This document shows, one piece after another, positions 58,619-64,000 of a DNA stretch of 64,000 bases (positions are counted from its first letter, which is position 1; the number at the start of each line of letters is the position of its first letter). The translations under genes were made by a program, and so were the position numbers. The notes under the pieces were generated by a model. The model was not told where the DNA came from and made no database searches. It saw only the letters and a list, made by a program, of their open reading frames with translations. Location of the stretch: contig CAXXUK010000001.1 in NCBI GenBank assembly GCA_963665125.2, forward strand, positions 2,624,001 through 2,688,000. The letters are read 5' to 3'. The stretch comes from an uncultured Desulfarculus sp. GTDB lineage: Bacteria; Desulfobacterota; Desulfarculia; Desulfarculales; Desulfarculaceae.

Positions 58619-58644
58619 CGTTCTTTTAGTCTAATGGCTTTTTG

Positions 58645-58938
58645 CTATGCCGTGCCGCCGTCGTTGCCGCCCAACGGACCCAGGAAGCTCTTGAGGATGG
58701 CCGGGCTGGGCATGAAATCCGACTCCGCCAGGTAGCGCTTCTGGTCGGCGGCGATTCTCGCCTCGGCCTTTTTGGCCACCCGGTAAAGCCCGACTATTCC
58801 CTGCTCGGCAAGGTCTTCCAGGCTGTTTATTTGATTTGGCTTGGGCGGCCCCACCACAAGATCATAGACACTGGCGGCGGCAATGCGCTTCACCCGGTCA
58901 GGCTTGCAGTTGGCCACCCACTGGCCCAACTGACTCAC
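58645..58938 (-). CDS. Hypothetical protein (97 aa)
   Basis: GGAGG RBS before GTG 58938; followed by a terminator. Confidence 0.55.
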   Translation of the reverse strand: MSQLGQWVANCKPDRVKRIAAASVYDLVVGPPKPNQINSLEDLAEQGIVGLYRVAKKAEARIAADQKRYLAESDFMPSPAILKSFLGPLGGNDGGTA

Positions 58939-59176
58939 TATGTCCTCCGAATCCCCTCCAGCGGCACTCCCTGTAACCTGCTGACATATAATTGATCGGC
59001 CGGCAGGGGCCGTAACTTGAGTCAATTTTTGGTCCGGCGGTTGCCCCATACTGTCCATCCGAGGCATTGTCTTGAATTTATGGGATATTCGACTTGAAAA
59101 AAGATTCACTGCCAGGGTCCGGGCGGTTTATGATGCTAGCCGGAACCAAGGAGGGCCCATCTTGCCAAGCAAATTC

Positions 59177-59911
59177 ATGAACAAGCAAACCCCGCTGATC
59201 ATCGGCCACAGGGGTTGTCCGGCCAAACGGCCTGAAAACACCCTGGCCTCATTTGAACAGGCCGTCCTGGACGGCGCGGACATGATCGAGTTCGACGTCC
59301 AGCTCAGCGCCGACGGCCTGCCCCTGGTGATTCACGACCCAAACCTGGCGCGCACCACCAACGGCACGGGCCAGGTGTGGCAATGCAACGAAACCGATGT
59401 ATGCGCCCTGGATGCGGGCGGCGGCCAGCGCGTGCCCCGGCTGGCCCAGGTTCTGGAGGCCTTTGGCGGGCGGGTGCTGATGAATATCGAACTAAAGCGG
59501 GAATGCCTGTGCCATCCCGAGCCGGGCCCAACGGCCGTGGCCCTGGTGCTGGAGATGGTGCGCGTTGCCGGGCTCATGGATCAGGTGCTTTTCAGCAGCT
59601 TTTCCTTTGACGCCCTGCGGGTGATCAGAGCCTTGGACAAGGCCGCCAACCTGGCCGTGCTGAGCTACGGTCCGGAAAACGGCGCGGACCCGGTGCTGTT
59701 GTGCCGGGCCGTGGGTGCCATATCCTTGAACCCGGACATAGCCTATCTGGATGATGCCACGGTGGAGCGCCTGCACCGGGCCGGGCTGGCCGTGGTACCT
59801 TACGGCGGCGAACCCGGCCAAGCCGAGGCCATGAAAAAGGCCCTGGCCCTGGGTTGCGACGGATTTTTCGCCGACGATCCGGGGGCCTGGGCCAAATTGG
59901 TTGGACGCTAG
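59177..59911 (+). CDS. Glycerophosphodiester phosphodiesterase
   Basis: IGHRG, PENTLASF, IEFDVQ, HD..L.RTT, NIELK. Confidence 0.92.
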   Translation: MNKQTPLIIGHRGCPAKRPENTLASFEQAVLDGADMIEFDVQLSADGLPLVIHDPNLARTTNGTGQVWQCNETDVCALDAGGGQRVPRLAQVLEAFGGRVLMNIELKRECLCHPEPGPTAVALVLEMVRVAGLMDQVLFSSFSFDALRVIRALDKAANLAVLSYGPENGADPVLLCRAVGAISLNPDIAYLDDATVERLHRAGLAVVPYGGEPGQAEAMKKALALGCDGFFADDPGAWAKLVGR

Positions 59912-60903
59912 CCTTCCAGGCCGGTTGGCGTGGAGTGCTCGTGGCCGTGCAACACGTCGTGGCGGATGCGCTTCAACAGCTCCCTGGCCACCGGGCCTGG
60001 CTGGCCGTCGGCCACCTGCCTGCCTTCGATACGGGTGGCGGGCAGCACGTCCAGGGTGGTGCCGAAGAACATCACTTCCCTGGCCGAGGCCAATTCGGTC
60101 TCGGGCAGCGGCCCTCTGGTGACCCCGGCCAGCATGCCGTCGTCGATCATGCCCTGGGCCAGTTCCACGCAGCGCCGCACAGTAGTGCCTTCCAGGATGT
60201 TTTCCGGCTCGGGCAGGCGCAGCACACCCTGCTGATCCACCAGGGCGAAGTTTTCGGTGGAGCCCTCGGTGAGGTTGCCCATGTCGTTGACGCCCACGGC
60301 GAACTTCCAGCCCTTGGCCACGGCCTCGCGCTTCAACAGCACGTTGGGCAGGTAGTTGCAGCTCTTGACTGCCGCGTAAAACCCGCTCTTGGCCGGAACC
60401 CGGCTCAGGCCCATGGTGATGCCGTGACTATAGTCGTCTTCGGACGGCGGATGCAGATGCGACACCATTACGTAAACGCCCTGCCGGGGGCATTCAAAGG
60501 GATTGGTCGTAAAGCCGCCGGGACCCCGGCTGACATATATGCGCACCATGCAATCAGCGTGACCTCCGGCCCGCACCGTGGCCGCAGCGATTTGTTTGAT
60601 CTCGTGCAGGGTCATCGGCAGATCAAGGCGGACGGCCAGGGCCGACCCGGCCAGACGGTCCAGGTGCCGGTCGAACTGGTAGATCCGCCCGGCCACGCAT
60701 TTGGCGGCCTCGAAAACGCCGTCGCCGCGATGCACCAGGTGGTCATCCAGGGGCACGCTCATCAGCCAGGGATCGGTGGTGATCCCGTCGAGCCAAGTGC
60801 TGTACATGGCAAGATAATCCTTGGCCCAGGGCCTTGGCAGGGCCTTGAGTCTCTTGATGGATTCCTGCTCGTCTATGACATCTATGTTTGTGTATTCAGA
60901 CAT
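59908..60903 (-). CDS. Class IV PLP aminotransferase (BCAT/D-amino acid/ADC lyase family)
   Basis: RGDGVFE, HLDRL, KSCNY, EGSTEN, LEGTT. Confidence 0.9.
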   Translation of the reverse strand: MSEYTNIDVIDEQESIKRLKALPRPWAKDYLAMYSTWLDGITTDPWLMSVPLDDHLVHRGDGVFEAAKCVAGRIYQFDRHLDRLAGSALAVRLDLPMTLHEIKQIAAATVRAGGHADCMVRIYVSRGPGGFTTNPFECPRQGVYVMVSHLHPPSEDDYSHGITMGLSRVPAKSGFYAAVKSCNYLPNVLLKREAVAKGWKFAVGVNDMGNLTEGSTENFALVDQQGVLRLPEPENILEGTTVRRCVELAQGMIDDGMLAGVTRGPLPETELASAREVMFFGTTLDVLPATRIEGRQVADGQPGPVARELLKRIRHDVLHGHEHSTPTGLEG

Positions 60904-61123
60904 GATCAGACTCTACAACGCCGCATTGGTTGCGGCAAGGCTTTGTTTGTCAGCATTGACACCGCAAAAAGGATTTAATCGCGCCTCATGCTATTGTCCA
61001 TGCCAAGCATTGTTCGCGACTACATTTAAGATGCTTGCACAAATGCCCAGTTGCGTGAATAATTCGTAGAGCATTCGGGCGGCACCGCGCCGCATTATAG
61101 CATCTGGCTCAAGGAGTTGGCAC

Positions 61124-63580
61124 ATGGCTGGGGGCGATGGCAAACGCCGCCGCAAACGCGGCTTAAATATCAAAAAAATGTATTCGCGCACATTGGTCAA
61201 GACGTTCAACCATGTTGATTTTCTACGCCTTGCCGACAAGATATACAATTCCAAATCAGCCGCGCATTGGCACCAGCGTTTCGAGAACCTGCCCGACGCC
61301 TGGCCCAACCAGGAAGAGCTGTCCCAAAAGGCCGTAGAGTTGGTGCTCGACCAACTCAAACAGAACGGCGAAGAAGTAGACCGCGAAGAAATCGAAAAGC
61401 TGATAGAGGCCATCAGGGTCCGCTATTACCGGGAAGGGCACGTCGCCGTCGCGGTGAGCCTGATGGTGCTCTTCGACTGGATCTTCGACGTTGACAACTC
61501 AGACCTGCCCTTTGTTTCCAACGACAAGCGCGAGATACAGCACCTGGACAAGCTCCAGGCCCATATCGCCGACGGCAAGGGCGTGGTCTACATGGTCAAC
61601 CATTCGTCGCATTTCGACGAATTCCTGGTGGACATTCTCTGGCAGCACATGATCATGGGCCTGCCCCTGTTTGCCGCCGGCCAAAACATGATGACCGTCA
61701 AGAGCCTGGGCAAGCTGCTCAACCTGGGCCTTTACGTGGTCCTGCGCCAGGGGGCCAGCCGCCACCAGATGTCGGCCCTGTACAACTACTGCCGGGCCAT
61801 CAGCGAAATCGGCGGCCAGCAGGGCATCTTCCTGGAGGCCTGGCACGGCGGAGCCCGCACCCGCGACGGCAGCCTGCGCTATCCCCGCCGCCTGGTGACC
61901 CTGCGCGGGGCCATCGACGTGTCCGACGACGTGGTGGTCCAGCCCATCGCCCTGTCCTATTCCGTGGTTCCCGAAGACTTGCCCCTATGCGCCAGGGGCA
62001 GCGCAAGGGCCTGGATCAGAGGCATCGGCTTCTGGCACACCCTGGGCCAGATGCTGTTGCATCCCAAGGCCTGGCCCCTGCACGCGGCCAAAAACCTCTA
62101 TGGCCGGGCCTATGTTTCGGTGCCCAAGCCCATGCTGCTCAGCGAACTGAAGGAGCTGCACGCCAAGGACAAGGGCGGTCTGGCCCTGGACGAGTTCGTC
62201 ACCCTGTACTGCATCAAGGAAATCGCCCGCACCAAGAAGATCATGGCCAGCCAACTGGTGGCCAGGGGCGTGGTCCGGGCCCGTCACAAAGGCGAACGAA
62301 ACCTCAAGGCGGCGGTTGACCACGAACTGGAACTGATCCGGGAATACCACCAGAGCGCCTTCGGCCAAGAGCCGGATATCGAAGATTTCATCACCAACAA
62401 CCCCATTGAAAAGGTCATCGAAGACGGTCTGGCCACCCTCAAACAGCGCGGCGTGCTGTCGCGCTGGCGCAAGGACGACCTGAAGCTGCCCCTGGTGCTC
62501 AGCGAGGCCGGCCTTTCCTATTACGCCACACACGGCGACCGGCGCATCTATTCGCCAACCGCGGACCAGAACATCGTCGTGGTCGGCGCCGGCAACTGGG
62601 GCTTCGCCCTTTCCCGTCAATTGGCCGGTCGCCTGCTGGAAACCAAAAAATACGATAACGCCAGCCTGACCCTGTTTGACACCCGGCCCGAAGTCGTCGA
62701 GGCCATGAACCAACTCCGCACCGGCACGGGCCGTTTTTCCGAAGAGTTGCTGCCCAAGAACATCTTCGTGACCCACGACCTGCCCAGCGCCTTCCGCAAG
62801 GCCAGCGAGATCGTTCTGGCCTGCCGCCCCGAAGACTTCGTGGGACGCCTGGAGGGCATCCTCAGCGCCTCGGAGCAGCCTTTCAAGCTCATGGTGGCCA
62901 CCCGCGGCTTTGTGCCGGAATACAACCTGCCGCCGGTGCTGGTGGCCCGGCAACTGGCCTCCCGGGCGGGCCGCGACGACGTGAAGATCTACACCCTGGC
63001 GGGTCCGGTGACGCCCGAGGACATGGTGGAAGGCCAGCCCATCCGGGGGCGGCTGGCCGGCCCCCAGCCAGGTCTTGACGATCTGGCCGACCTGTTCAAC
63101 CAGGCTCATTGCGGGGTGGACACAAGCCACGACGCGGTGGGCGTGGAGATAGCCGACATCATGGCCAGGATCTACGGCATGTGGGTCAGCTACGTCATCC
63201 GTAGCGACCGCCAGACCAGAGCCCAGGATCTGGGCAGGCTCATGGCCGACGCCGCGGGCGAATCCCGCAAGCTGGCGATCAGCCTGGGCGGCCTGGAGGA
63301 AACCTTCCGGGCGGGCGGCTACGCCTGGACCGAAACCTACGTGGCCGTGACTTTAAAGGGCGACGTACGTGAATTCGGCAGGCTGTTGGCCCGGCAGGCC
63401 CGCAAACAAAAGGACATTCCCACAGCGGCCAAAAAGCTCAACCGCCAGATGCGGGAAGACGGCCACGGCATCCAGACCCTGGAGGACCTGAAACTGGCCA
63501 GACTGGCGGCCCGCAAGCTGGGCCTGGAACTGCCCATGCTGGAAGAGGCTCATCAGGTTCTTTTTGGGGAAAACGACTAG
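61124..63580 (+). CDS. Glycerolipid acyltransferase fused to a GpsA-like Rossmann domain
   Basis: NHSSHFD (HX4D), AAGQNM, FLEA..G.R.RDG in the N-half; VVVGAGNWG, ATRG, LAGP in the C-half. Confidence 0.8.
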   Translation: MAGGDGKRRRKRGLNIKKMYSRTLVKTFNHVDFLRLADKIYNSKSAAHWHQRFENLPDAWPNQEELSQKAVELVLDQLKQNGEEVDREEIEKLIEAIRVRYYREGHVAVAVSLMVLFDWIFDVDNSDLPFVSNDKREIQHLDKLQAHIADGKGVVYMVNHSSHFDEFLVDILWQHMIMGLPLFAAGQNMMTVKSLGKLLNLGLYVVLRQGASRHQMSALYNYCRAISEIGGQQGIFLEAWHGGARTRDGSLRYPRRLVTLRGAIDVSDDVVVQPIALSYSVVPEDLPLCARGSARAWIRGIGFWHTLGQMLLHPKAWPLHAAKNLYGRAYVSVPKPMLLSELKELHAKDKGGLALDEFVTLYCIKEIARTKKIMASQLVARGVVRARHKGERNLKAAVDHELELIREYHQSAFGQEPDIEDFITNNPIEKVIEDGLATLKQRGVLSRWRKDDLKLPLVLSEAGLSYYATHGDRRIYSPTADQNIVVVGAGNWGFALSRQLAGRLLETKKYDNASLTLFDTRPEVVEAMNQLRTGTGRFSEELLPKNIFVTHDLPSAFRKASEIVLACRPEDFVGRLEGILSASEQPFKLMVATRGFVPEYNLPPVLVARQLASRAGRDDVKIYTLAGPVTPEDMVEGQPIRGRLAGPQPGLDDLADLFNQAHCGVDTSHDAVGVEIADIMARIYGMWVSYVIRSDRQTRAQDLGRLMADAAGESRKLAISLGGLEETFRAGGYAWTETYVAVTLKGDVREFGRLLARQARKQKDIPTAAKKLNRQMREDGHGIQTLEDLKLARLAARKLGLELPMLEEAHQVLFGEND

Positions 63581-63759
63581 GGCCGGAGGTCAACTGCCCC
63601 GCGGCTGGCTGCATAATGCCGGAAGGACCGGAAGCGGCCATGGCTTCCCCCCAGCAAGCCGCGGGGGATATAAATCCCTCCTGGGGATTAAAGTAAACAT
63701 TTCCTTGTGCCGATACGTCTTATTAGACAAGAAGACAAAAAGGGACAAGGAGGTCCGAG

Positions 63760-63897
63760 ATGACTCCCAGTCACCGAAATACACACCCCGTGCGAGAAGT
63801 TCTTGCCTGCTTGATGAGTTCGCCGATCTACTTCGATCTGCCTCTGTGCCGCCGCCTAGATCTGCTCAAGACGATGCATTCGGCCCTGTGCCGTTGA
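63760..63897 (+). CDS. 45-aa hypothetical small protein
   Basis: AAGGAGG RBS; MTPSHRNTHPVREVLACLMSSPIYFDLPLCRRLDLLKTMHSALCR. Confidence 0.55.
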   Translation: MTPSHRNTHPVREVLACLMSSPIYFDLPLCRRLDLLKTMHSALCR

Positions 63898-63949
63898 CGC
63901 ACCTACACGTTGTAATCGCTCAGGCAACCCATTTCATGAAACGGCCCGG

Positions 63950-64000
63950 CTAGCGGCCGTAGGAGTGCAGGCCCGCCAGCAACAGGTTCACGCCAAAGAA
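63950..64000 (-). CDS. ccsA: 3' end of cytochrome c biogenesis protein CcsA/CcsB (system II)
   Basis: C-terminal FFGVNLLLAGLHSYGR matches the conserved GVN..GLHSY motif. Confidence 0.75.
   Translation of the reverse strand, partial: FFGVNLLLAGLHSYGR

Noticed and set aside
63600..63660. Resemblance to SRP RNA (ccggaagg)
   Set aside because: Lacks the conserved CAGGUCCGGAAGGAAGCAG domain IV context
1..64000. CRISPR arrays, tRNA/rRNA, transposases, integrases
   Set aside because: No regularly spaced repeats, cloverleaf or rRNA signatures, or mobile-element ORFs were seen by eye

Overview
GC-rich chromosomal window, probably from a sulfate-reducing deltaproteobacterium (Desulfobacterota, Desulfarculaceae-like; inferred from gene content and intergenic repeat style). 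Housekeeping genes flank both ends. Left: Fe-ADH, pyrE operon, DUF2156, glyA, HD/FmdE pair and two diguanylate cyclases. Right: speD-speE, IHF, M42 peptidase, GDPD, class IV aminotransferase, an acyltransferase/GpsA-like fusion and the end of ccsA. Between them lies a ~43 kb surface-polysaccharide locus (about 9.8-52.5 kb). Its core is an exosortase/PEP-CTERM-type EPS cluster: Wzx, short Wza, beta-barrel, chain-length protein, ExeA-like ATPase, tyrosine-kinase homolog, priming transferase, exosortase, EpsI, ligase/polymerase, CapK-like ligase, lyase-like proteins, TPR protein and GTs. A tailoring block sits to its left (AsnB, acyltransferase, methyltransferase, two LPG-synthase-type flippases, two large GT-C-like proteins, SGNH, TolB-like). 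No PEP-CTERM substrate, rRNA, tRNA, CRISPR or transposase was seen. Best novel candidate: a complete sigma54 promoter architecture downstream of glyA (paired enhancer palindromes, paired IHF-like sites, perfect -24/-12) driving a ~70-nt ORF-less, terminated, CU-rich RNA with an anti-Shine-Dalgarno-like seed. Other notable items are a second sigma54 promoter driving two tiny ORFs, a Met-Glu-stop micro-ORF upstream of speD, a degenerate BY-kinase and a degenerate GpsA domain fused to an acyltransferase. All calls come from reading the sequence; no database searches were run.
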